Positions 10,697 through 28,400 of a DNA stretch of 64,000 nucleotides are shown piece by piece. Positions within the stretch are counted from its first letter, which is position 1. Each line of letters begins with the position of its first letter. The notes beneath the pieces were generated by a model. That model did not search any database. It was not told where the DNA came from and was given only the letters and a program-made list of their open reading frames with translations. The position numbers were made by a program, and so were the translations under genes. The DNA comes from Oscarella lobularis (Eukaryota), in the NCBI RefSeq assembly GCF_947507565.1, contig NC_089179.1, forward strand, positions 862,681 to 926,680, read 5' to 3'.

Positions 10697-12555
10697 TTAG
10701 TGGTAGCTGCTATTGTATGAAACATGATGAGGCCAGCGAACTTGGTGTGCGGTACCCACTTGAGCGGTATCTCCGTAGCCACTTTGCCAAGCGTGCGTTG
10801 GCGGCGGCGTTGGAGGTGGCGGCGGGGATGAAGCGACGGGAGGCAGTATAGGCTGCTGCGATTCTGGAAACGGAAACGCTGTTCCCGTCGTGGGGGTTCC
10901 CATCGGTGTTTTACTACTCATTGGAGCGGCGTACTGCGACGGAGTAGGTGGCGGCGGCGGCGGCGGCGAAAATTGAGCGAACGATTTAGATAGCGGCGGT
11001 ATAAATCCGCCGCGGCCAGTACCGGAATTCCCTAATTGATTATCTGGCGTGTGAGGGTCGGGTAGTAGCGGCGGTCCTGAAGCATAACCAGGTGGAGTTT
11101 GTTTGTAGTAGATGCTCGGTGAGAGTCCTACAGGACGTAGTAGTTTCGGTACCAATTTCTGTGGGATTCGCTCCCTTTCCTTACCCGGCGTTGCTGGCGA
11201 TAGCATGTGCTGAAATAGTTGTCCTTCCTGGTACGGCGATGTCGCCGTTCCCGGCGGTTTGGCCAGCTCGTCGAGCTGCTTGAGTCGTCGCTCTTTCGAG
11301 CGACGATTCTGAAACCAAACCTGTATGACGCGCATCGTCAAACCGGTTGATTTCGCTAGTTTTTCTCGCGTCGGTCGCGACGGTTTGGGATTTTGATCGA
11401 ACGCCGTCTTGAGCATGTCCAACTGTTTGGCCTTGATCGTCGTTCGAGGTCCCCGTCGCCGTCCCTCCGACGACGGAGCCGACGTCGGCTCTTTCGTCGA
11501 CGTCGATCCGTCGTCGCAGTCTCGCTGCTCGTCACTTTTTTCGCTCGGTCCCGAATCGTCGACGACGGTCATTTCATCGTTCGGTGCCGTCGCGGTCTTT
11601 TCGTCGTCGGCTCCTTTCCCGTCGCCGCCGACGTCACCCCCCGCACCTAAAAGGAACACCGTTTTAGCTCTCGTCCACGTGCGCATAAGGCAGTTGGAAA
11701 TTTCGATGGCATTGTTTTATGCATTTGCTTATCGTAAATCAAATACACAAAGGAAGCTTTCTCCTCCTCTGCGGGTGGAACCCTGTTTACATAAGCCTCC
11801 GAATGGCTTGCCTACCTCAGAAAGGCAAGGTTGGCCACGTATTTCCCCATCAGGAAATCGATTGTTGGCGATGGGGAAAGTATGCGAAAACAATAGTGTA
11901 GGACGAAACGATATTGGCTTGCGGAGCGCGGCCTCTCTTTACTGTGTAAAGAGCTCGCGTGCGACTGTTAGCCCCCACGAAATATGCGCACACGTTGCGC
12001 TTCGATGTAAACGCGTGCACTCACCACCGGTGACGAACGTCGTGCTGCAGGAACAGAGCAGCTCGTAGTCGCCCAACGCCGCGTAGCGCTGACCGGTGTC
12101 GAGAAGGCGACCGCACGCCGTGCACTTGAAGCAGCCTACGTGGTACACACGCTTTCCGGCACGTCTCACGAGATCCTCCGGCGAAATGCCTTCGCGACAT
12201 CCAAAACACTTTGCACCGTACGTCCTACGAGACACAGAGTGACGAACGTCCATACACACACGTGGTTCGCATGTATAAAACGTTCAACAGGGGAAGCGAT
12301 GTTAGTGAGGGGCGACGGTCGATTAGACGGTGTAAACAAAACTTGGCCTTACACAAAGAACCGTCCCCTTAGAGACGCGTCGTCTAACCTGTAGAAATCG
12401 TTCTTGCAAAAGAACTTTCCGTCGCGCGAGAAGCAGCGCTCGGTGAGCGTCGCTCGGCACTGGACGCAGCGAATGCAAGTCCCGTGCCATACTTGCTCTT
12501 GTACGCGGTATACGAATCGGTCTGCGATGACCTGCGAGCATCCGGCACACTGCAT
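10697..12555 (-). CDS. LHX1: LIM-homeodomain transcription factor, Lhx1/Lim1 class (2 LIM domains plus homeodomain), 3 or more exons
   Basis: Exon 1 (12389-12555) [56 protein letters not shown] is LIM1. Exon 2 (about 12027-12224) [57 protein letters not shown] is LIM2. Exon 3 (10697-11647) contains [63 protein letters not shown], about 75% identical to the LHX1 homeodomain, then a Pro-rich tail and stop. Confidence 0.9.
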
Positions 12556-13261
12556 CGCCAGAGGCTATTTTCCAGATGTTTATTGATAAACGCCTTCGAC
12601 TACCCTCGTCGTATTTCACACCCAATTGAAGTACGTGGGGTGAGCTAACGATGCCACCGCCGACTGGACAGGCTACGACCCACCTGTGACCTTATATGGG
12701 GAGGTCAATGCCCACAAGTGGAGGGGGGACTGGATACGCCTCTTTGACATCATCTCTTATGACCAGTGGCTCTTCTGCATTGATTCATGCACATTTGCCT
12801 AATTTATATTTCCCTAATGACATTTCCTCTCGGGCTTGTTGCTAATATGCTCGGAGACAGATCGAAAAGTATCGCAATCATGACTGGCATTCTTCTACTA
12901 CAGACTAGTTGTCGTAGCAAATCGGTGCCAGATTTTTGCGGTCTAATAGTACTCGGCTTGATGAAGGAGAGAATTTAATATGAATCCGAACAAATATACA
13001 CGGAGACCCCAGCGCGGTTCTATCAGTGACCGCAATTGAATGTTGGGCCGGAATTTCAGGGTAGAAAATAATCTGCTCCTTTGTGAAGGGAAGAAATTTA
13101 ATCAAAACGAGACAAGACGGTTTGTTTTCCATAGGCACGCGAGCAGAAAAGTGCGGTCTGGTATGGCTAGCGGCCTAGCGCACGGTAATTCAATAACGAA
13201 GTGACCTGCAGGCAGCACTACTAGCTGCACTCGATGCGAAACTCGTCTCTTTGGAGGGGCT

Positions 13262-14456
13262 ATTTAGGTATTTATTGAAATGCTTTGTTCTTGAGCAAAC
13301 GTTTCTTCTACGTCTTTAGGAATCGTTACTTTGCGAAGATCGTCCATTCCCTTTTCAGGTTCATCAGAGATTAACAAATTGATCAGACTCTCGCACGTTC
13401 TGCTGACGCTGGCATCCTCTTCTTGTCGGTGCAGCTCTCTTATAATAACGTAAGTGTTCTTCTCCTTGACGAATAACCGACCTTTCTTGGTACTACACAG
13501 CTAGAACAAAATCATCACTCGGGAAGTGAAAAAAAGAGAAAGAAATTGCCTGCATTATGCTCTCGAGCAACATTTTTCTGATGTCGGCTTCCGGTTCTCT
13601 CGTCTTATCTTCGCCTAGGTACTGCAAATCATCTGGCAATGCTTTCATGTCCTCCTCATCAAACTCTTCAGGCCCAGCTAAAGGCAAGAGAAGATGAGGC
13701 AACAAGTCCACATGGTAACCAAGCAGCCAGTCATGATATTCTACGACAGAGTCAGAAAAAAAATTGCCAAGCTACAGTAGGAGGATTCAGACCTGTTTCA
13801 AAGCAACAATTTCTGATCATGCTGACAACACCTCGTCGCCTGCTATGACTTGAACGGGAAAAGTCAATAAAAGGTAACAAACGTTGAAGTATTTTTCTCG
13901 TCTTGTCGAGCACGAGTCGTCGTCCCTCGTCGATTTGAGTTACATTAGCCAATATCCAAACGAAATAATCCGTCGTAGAACTTTCGCGACTCGAACGACG
14001 ATCGTCGCAAAACTCGTCGACGACGTCGTGAAATTTTCTACCCTCGCGAAAGAGACGTACGAACTCGCGCGCGCCGTCCTCCGATCGCGTGAAATTCGAC
14101 GAACATCGACAGGCATCGAACGCCGAGTCGTTCGACGTCGTCAACGAATCGACGAGTCGTTCCGCGCAGTCGCACGTCGACATTATTGCTCGGGTTTCGT
14201 CTTCGGCGGCCAGATTGATGAGAGCGGCAAAGGCGTCGGTCGCCAGCGCGCGATCGCGCGTCAATTCGAGCAAGGCGTCGATGAGCGTCGGCCGAACGAC
14301 GAAAATTCGACGCCCGTCTCGACTCGCCGTTAGACCGAGTGCGTAGTCGAGAGCCACTCGCTTCGACGCTTCGTTCGCGTCGACGCGAAGAAAGTCGACG
14401 AGGTCGTTCATTCCACGACTCGGAGCGCGACCACTCCCCCGCGCGCGAATGCACAT
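13262..14456 (-). CDS. HGH1: HGH1 homolog (FAM203 / Brp16-like armadillo-type protein), 3 exons
   Basis: Exon 1 ends ...RRRGVVSMIRNCCFET (13709-14456). Exon 2 (13491-13708) EYHDWLLGYHVDLLPHLLLPLAGPEEFDEEDMKALPDDLQYLGEDKTREPEADIRKMLLESIMQ matches human HGH1 CCFEHRHHEWLLGPEVDILPFLLLPLAGPEDFSEEEMERLPVDLQYLPPDKQREPDADIRKMLVEAIM. Exon 3 LCSTKKGRLFVKEKNTYVIIRELHRQEEDASVSRTCESLINLLISDEPEKGMDDLRKVTIPKDVEE..., stop about 13262. Confidence 0.85.
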
Positions 14457-14564
14457 GTCAGGAGGACCGTTAGGACATGCGCACTCTTCATCTGTCGAAC
14501 GAACAGCTCGCCCGGCTCTTTCTTCGTTTTGTGCGGCCTAGTCGAATAGGCGGGTGGAAGCGAG
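14457..14564. promoter_or_regulatory. Putative bidirectional promoter between divergent HGH1 (-) and clathrin heavy chain (+)
   Basis: Only about 108 nt separate the two start codons (14456 minus strand, 14565 plus strand). Inferred from arrangement only. Confidence 0.3.
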
Positions 14565-21398
<6,834 letters not shown>

Positions 21399-21596
21399 AC
21401 TCTGTAACCGCCGCGTTGTATTGTTGTCAGTGGACTTGGTGAATTAACTTCTGTGGACGTCTTACGCGCTTTTTGCTTGTACTTCGTAGTTGCGTTCTGG
21501 TATACTACTGATTATGCATGTGACTGAGTTATGCTGCTAAGAAGTGCGCATGTCTTCTTAGTGTGTCTGTTTGTTTGTTTTTTGTATTGAACTAGG

Positions 21597-21602
21597 AATA
21601 AA
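21597..21602 (+). promoter_or_regulatory. Poly(A) signal AATAAA about 200 nt after the clathrin heavy chain stop
   Basis: Direct read: ctaggaataaaaaagtcg in the 3' UTR after the stop at 21398. Confidence 0.5.
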
Positions 21603-21639
21603 AAAGTCGTTTCTTATACGCGGCACGTGCGAATTTTAC

Positions 21640-22387
21640 CCATGCGCGTGTTAACTTTCCGTTTCCATTGGTGAATCTGCTTCATCTGGCAGGACGGACA
21701 CGTATCGTCCTCTATTGTGTGACCCTGTAGTGATTAACTTACCTTCGAGGAGCTTCTGCATTTCTTGTATAGAATACATCAGCACGTGAAATTGCTTACG
21801 ACGCATCTCAAGCTATTTGTGTCAAGTTAAAGACTCACAATCCACAGACAAAGGAGAGCATCTCACCTTTTGGTCAATTGCCTCTTTCTGCCCACGCAAG
21901 TCTGCAAGATCCGCCTCAAGAGTTTTCATTTGTCTAATAGAGATAATAGTCGTCACCAAACAAAGTTACACGCAGAAAGACCTACGCTATAGAGTCCTGT
22001 CGAACCGGATGCTCCCCTATGATCTTAGCCAAAGCATCATATTCTATATCACAACTTTCCAAGACCCCAACAGCCAAAGTACAAAGCACCACACTACCTT
22101 GCCTGTGTTTCCTTATTCTTCTCGCCTCTTTGAGCTCTTCTTGGCAATCGTTTATCTTCTTCTTAGCATCATTGATACCAGTCTCTACAGTGAAACCATT
22201 TCGTCAAACAGACACAAGGTTGCATCCCGCAGCACCAACCAATCTTCTTGTAAATCGTCTCGTATCGTTCCAACTCCTTTTCGTTCATCTCGCACACCAT
22301 ATCCGTCTTAGCCATGGCGAAGTCGCACTGGCTCAGAGTGACGAGCAGTCTTTGATACTGAGATGACCTGCCGATTCGAGCACTCAA
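21640..22387 (-). CDS. Hypothetical small coiled-coil protein, 3-4 short exons
   Basis: Minus-strand exon pieces: MAKTDMVCEMNEKELERYETIYKKIG (about 22240-22330), ETGINDAKKKINDCQEELKEARRIRKHRQ (about 22110-22200) with gt donors, then LEADLADLRGQKEAIDQK and QEMQKLLEGK further 3'. No family assigned. Confidence 0.3.
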
Positions 22388-22650
22388 AAATCTGCGACTT
22401 TAGTCGACCGACGCTCAACTGTTCTTCTGGAGACGCGTCCGAATTGCACCATTTGATGAACGTTCGAAGAAACGTCGTTAATCGGCGGTCGTCGCCGCTG
22501 CCGTCGCCGTCGTACAGTAAGCGTCTTCTTATAATCTCTTCTACGTGGAAAACTGCCTAGAAACGTCGTCAAGAGCGAGAGAAACAAGAACATGCCTTCC
22601 GCTGCTGCCATCAGACTTTCCCGTATCCTCGAAATTCGTTTTCGAACTTT

Positions 22651-23085
22651 TTGATGGCTGATTGGTTCGTCGCTGCGAGCGACGATGACGGGGAGGCGAG
22701 CGAAGGAGGCGAGACGACGCCGAAACGAAAAAAATCGCGTTGCGAGCCCTCATCCGAGCGAATAGCGGATCTCTATCAACGCGTCGCTCGCGACGGATTT
22801 ATCAAACTATCCAGCACGACCGATGAAGCAGAACGAACAGGAGAAAAGGTCGATGAAGACGATGAACGGAGTCGCATGGCCGAGACGTTGTTCGAGGATC
22901 CTGCGGTTGTGAAGGAACGGGAGAAGGCGAAGAAAGAAAAGGACCCGTTAGAAGAAGTTTCTGCACGACTTTTATTTATCCCACTTGTTTGCTTGAAGGT
23001 ATCTGACTGACAGCAGCGACAGCGATGCCAATGAGGCATTTCTTCTAAGGAAGAACAAAAGGCCAGTGGCTCGAGCTTCGACAAG
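22651..23085 (+). CDS. Hypothetical acidic nuclear-type protein (first exons only resolved)
   Basis: ATG at 22651: MADWFVAASDDDGEASEGGETTPKRKKSRCEPSSERIADLYQRVARDGFIKLSSTTDEAERTGEKVDEDDERSRMAETLFEDPAVVKEREKAKKEKDPLEEVSA. A later exon SDSDANEAFLLRKNKRPVARASTSK|gtaagg. Downstream exons unresolved. Confidence 0.3.
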
Positions 23086-24291
23086 TAAGGTTCTTTGGAG
23101 ATCTGATGCATGATTGATTTATGGCACTCTATAGGCAAAAGAGGGAAGCATAAGGTTGTAGGAAAGATTTCGAACGTGATGAAGCATCTTCCAGCTTTCG
23201 ATGTGAGATGGACAATTGAACCAATGCCTGTCACTCTAATCCGTTTGGCATAGCCTGAAATGAGCAGTTCTTCATCGCCACGACATAATATGTCTTTTCT
23301 TTCCCCGTCTGAAAGCAGGTAAGACCTTGCTGCATATCGAATGAAAAAACGTATGGTTAATTATATGTTTCTTAGCAGAACGGACACGTGTGCTAAGCAA
23401 GCAGGTGCGTTCACACATCTCTCTCTCTTTCCTCTCGGTTACCTTTTCCTTTAGGAACTGTGTTTCAGTCTCAGAAGGAAATATAATGTTGTTGCTGCTA
23501 TTTGCAGTCTCGTATAGATGCAAGGAACTGGTTTTACGGTTGTTAGGTAATGTTTTATTAGCAAAACCAAATCTACGATATTCAAGGGTTTGGTAGGGTA
23601 AGGAGTTGTTTATTATAATTAAATGGAGGGGTGTTTTGCCCTGGTACATTTTGATTACTGGAATTGGATTTTCCCAATCCGCCAATGTCAGAAATAACCT
23701 AAACAGCACAAGTAACAAACGCGACTGTAAGGCTTCTTACGACCTGAATATCATCAAATTGTGCGGATGGGCGGCGTGCGTCGACGGCATTTAAAAATTC
23801 ACGAGACTTTCTTGAGTTGCACGTGAGAGCCGTGAATAAATTTACAGGCACGATTTCGCACTTCCTTACATGGTCTGTCTTTGTTCCACGTGGCACGAGA
23901 CCTCGCACCTCCTTTGTTGATCCGCGTCGACGTCTGTCGGTGCGACACGTAGCGACGAAAGCGGGGTTCTGAAGCGTTCTCTACGCGCGCGGGGCGCGAT
24001 CTGAATGCACTGCGACAAGCGATCGCAAAGTAGTGATCACTGATCGCGCGGAGGCCGCGACCGCGAGCTCGCGAGCTGATTAGTTTTCACACGTCGAATG
24101 TTCACACGGTCTCAAATTGTGATGCGTGCGCCTGCGATCTCGTCTGGGCTCGAGAACCGACGAAACGCAGTCTCGCGGCTCGAGAATCGACGATAGCGAA
24201 CTCTCTATCGACGAACGCTGTCCGATTGCAGCGGATGCAGACCGGGGACGACGAATTCGCCATCACGTGAGTGGTTCACACTCCGGAAGAG

Positions 24292-25480
24292 ATGCTGTGC
24301 ATGCGAATTCGCACCATCTCCGATTCGCTCATAAACGTCGACCACTCAATCTGTGCGTCATTCTCGGCTGAGGCGCAGAACGGAACGGACGGTCTGGTCC
24401 GCTCTCTCGCAACGGCGCCACGCTGCTACTTCCTTCGCGGGGCATCCTTCGCGGGGCAGCCGAGAAGAGGCTTACCGCCGCGAGGCGGGCCTCCAAAGCC
24501 AACGAACGACGGAGGGGACAGCGGAGCCACCGGTAAGTGAAGCTAGATTACGCGATTGTAATTATCCGAGCTAATTGTGCGCTTTCTCTCTTGCAGCGAA
24601 TCCCGTGCAGTCCTTTGCGAAGGACTGCGCCCTGACGAAGGAAGGAGGGCGCCGCGTGGCACGCGCGTCGGTAAGTCGCGTCGCGTCGCGTTTAGATCCA
24701 ATGGACTAATCGTGCTTTTTTTGTGCGTATAGGTCGTAGCGCTGTGCGGACGATCGACGCGCCACGGACACCGCTTCGAATTCGAAGACGAATGCGAATT
24801 CGAATTCGAATTCGAAGGCCAACGCGAATTCGAATTCGAAGACGAATGCGAATTCGAATTCGAATTCGAATGCGAATTCGAATTCGAATACGAATTCGAA
24901 TCCTTCGAATTCGATTCGAATTCGAAGGCGAATTCGAATTCGAAGGCGAATGCCAATTCGAAAGCGAATTCGAATTCGAAGGCGAATGCGAATTCGAATT
25001 CGAAGGCAAATGCCAATTCGAATTCGAAGGCGAATGCGAATTCGAATTCGAAGGCGAATGCCAATTCGAAGGCGAATGCCAATTCGAATCCGAATGCGAA
25101 TTCGAATTCGAAGGCGAATGCGAATTCGAATTGGAAGACGAATGCGAATTCGAATTCGAATTCGAAGGCGAATTCGAATTCGAATACAAATTCGAATCCT
25201 TCGAATTCAATTCGAATTCGAAGGCGAATTCGAATTCGAAGGCGAATGCCAATTCGAAAGCGAATTCGAATTCGAATTCGAAGGCGAATGCGAATTCAAA
25301 GGCAAACGCGAATTCGAAGGCGAATGCGAATTCGACAGTGAATACGAATTCGAATCCTTCGAATTCGATTAGAATTCGAAGGCGAATGCCAATTCGAATT
25401 CGAATGCGAATTCGAATTCGAATTCGAAGGCTAATGCCAATTCGAAGGCGAAATCGAATTCGAATTCGAAGGCGAATGTA
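24292..25480 (+). CDS. Candidate 3-exon transcript whose terminal exon is the GAATTC-hexamer array; predicted Phe/Glu-rich and Asn/Ser/Lys-rich repeat protein or a spliced satellite RNA
   Basis: Exon 1 about 24292-24532 (MLCMRIRTISDS...PPKPTNDGGDSGAT) ends at a strong donor cac cg|gtaagtga. Intron 24533-24596 ends ctctcttgcag. Exon 2 24597-24670 continues the same frame (A)NPVQSFAKDCALTKEGGRRVARAS, then donor tcg|gtaagtcg. Intron 24671-24732 ends gtatag. Exon 3 from 24733: VVALCGRSTRHGHRFEFEDECEFEFEFEGQREFEFEDECEFEFEFECEFEFEYEFESFEFDSNSKANSNSKANANSK..., which runs into the repeat. Confidence 0.3.
24772..25478. repeat. GAATTC-hexamer satellite (EcoRI-site repeat; degenerate 24-36 nt higher-order units gaattc-gaattc-gaaggc-gaatgc)
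   Basis: Direct read: about 115 tandem hexamers, mostly gaattc with gaaggc, gaatgc, gaatcc, caattc variants. An internal about 320-bp duplication is present (24890-24990 is similar to 25190-25290). Confidence 0.9.
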
Positions 25481-25494
25481 AGTAGTAGATAGTC

Positions 25495-28400
25495 AGAACA
25501 GTTGGCCAGCCCCTTGTAATTTCACTGTAATTTATTACACTAGAGAACAGTTGGCCAGTCCCTTGTAATTTTTCTGTAATTTATTACACGAGAGAACAGT
25601 TGGCCAGTTCCTTGTAATTTCATTGTAATTTATTACACTAGAGAACAGTTGGCCAGTCCCTTGTAATTTCACTGTAATTTATTACAGGAAAGAACAGTTG
25701 GCCAGTCCCTTGTAATTTCACTGTAATTTATTACAGGAGAGAACAGTTGGCCGGTCCCTAGTAATTTTCCTGTATTGTATTACAGAAAAGAACAGTTGGC
25801 CAGTCTCTTGTAATTTCACTGTAATTTATTACAGGAGAGAACAGTTGGCCAGTCCCTTGTAAATTCCTGTAATTTATTACAGGAGAGAACAGTGGGCCAG
25901 TCCCTTGTAATTTCACTGTAATTTATTAGAGGAAAGAACAGTTGGCCATTACTTTGTAATTACACTGTAATTTATTACAGGAGAGAACAGTTGGCCAGTT
26001 CCTAGTAATTTTCGTACAGGAAAGAACAATTGGCTAGTCCCTTGTAATTTCACTGTAATCTATTACAGGAAAGAACAGTTGGCCAGTCCCTTGTAATTTC
26101 ACTGTAATTTATTACACTAGAGAACAGTTGGCCAGTCCCTTGTAGTTTTCCTGTAATTTATTAAGAGAACAGTTGGCCAGTCCTTTGTAATTTTTCTGTA
26201 ATTTATTACAGGAGAGAACAGTTGGCCAGTCTCTTGTAATTTCCTGTAATTTATTACAGGAGAGAACAGTTGGCCAGTCCCTTGTAATTTTCCTGTAATT
26301 TATTACAGGAGAGAACAGTTGGCCAGTCCCTTGTAATTTCCTGTAATTTATTACAGGAGAGAACAGTTGGCCAGTCCCTTGTAATTTTCCTGTAATTTAT
26401 TACAGGAGAGAACAGTGGGCCAGTCCCTTGTAATTTTCCTGTAATTTATTACAGGAGAGAACAGTGGGCCAGTCCCTTGTAATTTTCCTGTAATTTATTA
26501 CAGGAGAGAACTGTTGGCCAGTCCCTTGTAATTTTTCCTTAATTTATTACAGGAGAGAACAGTTTGCCAATCTCTTTTAATTTCCTGTAATTTATTACAG
26601 GAGAGAACAGTTGGCCAGTTCCTTGTAATTTTTCTTTAATTTACTACAGGAAAGAACAATTGGCCAGTCCCTTGTAATTTTTCTGTAATTTATTACAGGA
26701 AAGAACAGTTGGCCAGTCCCTTGTAATTTCATTGTAATTTATTACACTAGAGAACAGTTGGCCAGTCCCTTGTAATTTCACTGTAATTTATTACAAGAGA
26801 GAACAGTGGGCCAGTCCCTTGTAATTTTCCTGTAATTTATTACAGGAGAGAACAGTGGGCCAGTTCCTTGTAATTTCACTGTAATTTATTACAGGAAAGA
26901 ACAGTTTGCCATTCCTTTGTAATTTCACTGTAATTTATTACACGAGAGAACAGTTGGCCAGTCCCTAGTAATTTTCGTACAGGAAAGAACAATTGGCTAG
27001 TCCCTTGTAATTTCACTGTAATTTATTACACTAGTGAACAGTTGGCCAGTTCCTTGTAATTTTTTGTAATTTATTACAAGAGAGAACAGTGGGCCAGTCC
27101 CTTGTAATTTTCCTGTAATTTATTACAGGAGAGAACAGTTGGCCAGTCCCTTGTAATTTTTCTGTAATTTATTACAGGAAAGAACAGTTGGCCAGTCCTT
27201 TGTAATTTCATTGTAATTTATTACACTAGAGAACAGTTGGCCAGTCCCTTGTAATTTCACTGTAATTTATTACAGGAAAGAACAGTTGGCCATTCCCTTG
27301 TAATTTCACTGTAATTTATTACAGGAGAGAACAGTTGGCCAGTCCCTTTTAATTTCCTGTAATTTATTACAGGAGAGAACAGTGGGCCAGTCCCTTGTAA
27401 TTTTCCTGTAATTTATTACAGGAGAGAACAGTGGGCCAGTCCCTTGTAATTTTTCTGTAATTTATTACAGGAAAGAACAGTTGGCCAGTCCCTTGTAATT
27501 TCACTGTAATTTATTACACTAGAGAACAGTTGGCCAGTCCCTTTTAATTTCCTGTAATTTATTACAGGAGAGAACAGTTGGCCAGTCCCTTGTAATTTTC
27601 CTGTAATTTATTACAGGAGAGAACAGTTGGCCATTCTTTTGTAATTTCACTGTAATTTATTACACTAGAGAACAATTCGCCAGTTCCTTGTAATTTTCGT
27701 ACAGGAAAGAACAATTGGCCAGTTCCTTGTAATTTCACTGTAATTTATTACAGGAAAGAACAGTTGGCCAGTCCCTTGTAATTTCACTGTAATTTATTAC
27801 ACTAGAGAACAGTTGGCCAGTCCCTTGTAGTTTTCCTGTAATTTATTAAGAGAACAGTTGGCCAGTCCTTTGTAATTTTTCTGTAATTTATTACAGGAGA
27901 GAACAGTTGGCCAGTCTCTTGTAATTTCCTGTAATTTATTACAGGAGAGAACAGTTGGCCAGTCCCTTGTAATTTTCCTGTAATTTATTACAGGAGAGAA
28001 CAGTTGGCCAGTCCCTTGTAATTTCCTGTAATTTATTACAGGAGAGAACAGTTGGCCAGTCCCTTGTAATTTTCCTGTAATTTATTACAGGAGAGAACAG
28101 TGGGCCAGTCCCTTGTAATTTTCCTGTAATTTATTACAGGAGAGAACAGTGGGCCAGTCCCTTGTAATTTTCCTGTAATTTATTACAGGAGAGAACTGTT
28201 GGCCAGTCCCTTGTAATTTTTCCTTAATTTATTACAGGAGAGAACAGTTTGCCAATCTCTTTTAATTTCCTGTAATTTATTACAGGAGAGAACAGTTGGC
28301 CAGTTCCTTGTAATTTTTCTTTAATTTACTACAGGAAAGAACAATTGGCCAGTCCCTTGTAATTTTTCTGTAATTTATTACAGGAAAGAACAGTTGGCCA

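Noticed and set aside
22776-23718. Minus-strand ORFs of 148-152 aa antisense to, or downstream of, the acidic-protein gene
   Set aside because: Low-complexity, with no splice or homology support. Likely UTR or intronic sequence.
24543-25252. Minus-strand ORFs over the GAATTC array (MAFAFELAFAFEFEF..., NSNSHS... repeats)
   Set aside because: Mirror-image artefacts of the stop-poor hexamer repeat. The only strand with supporting splice signals is the plus strand.
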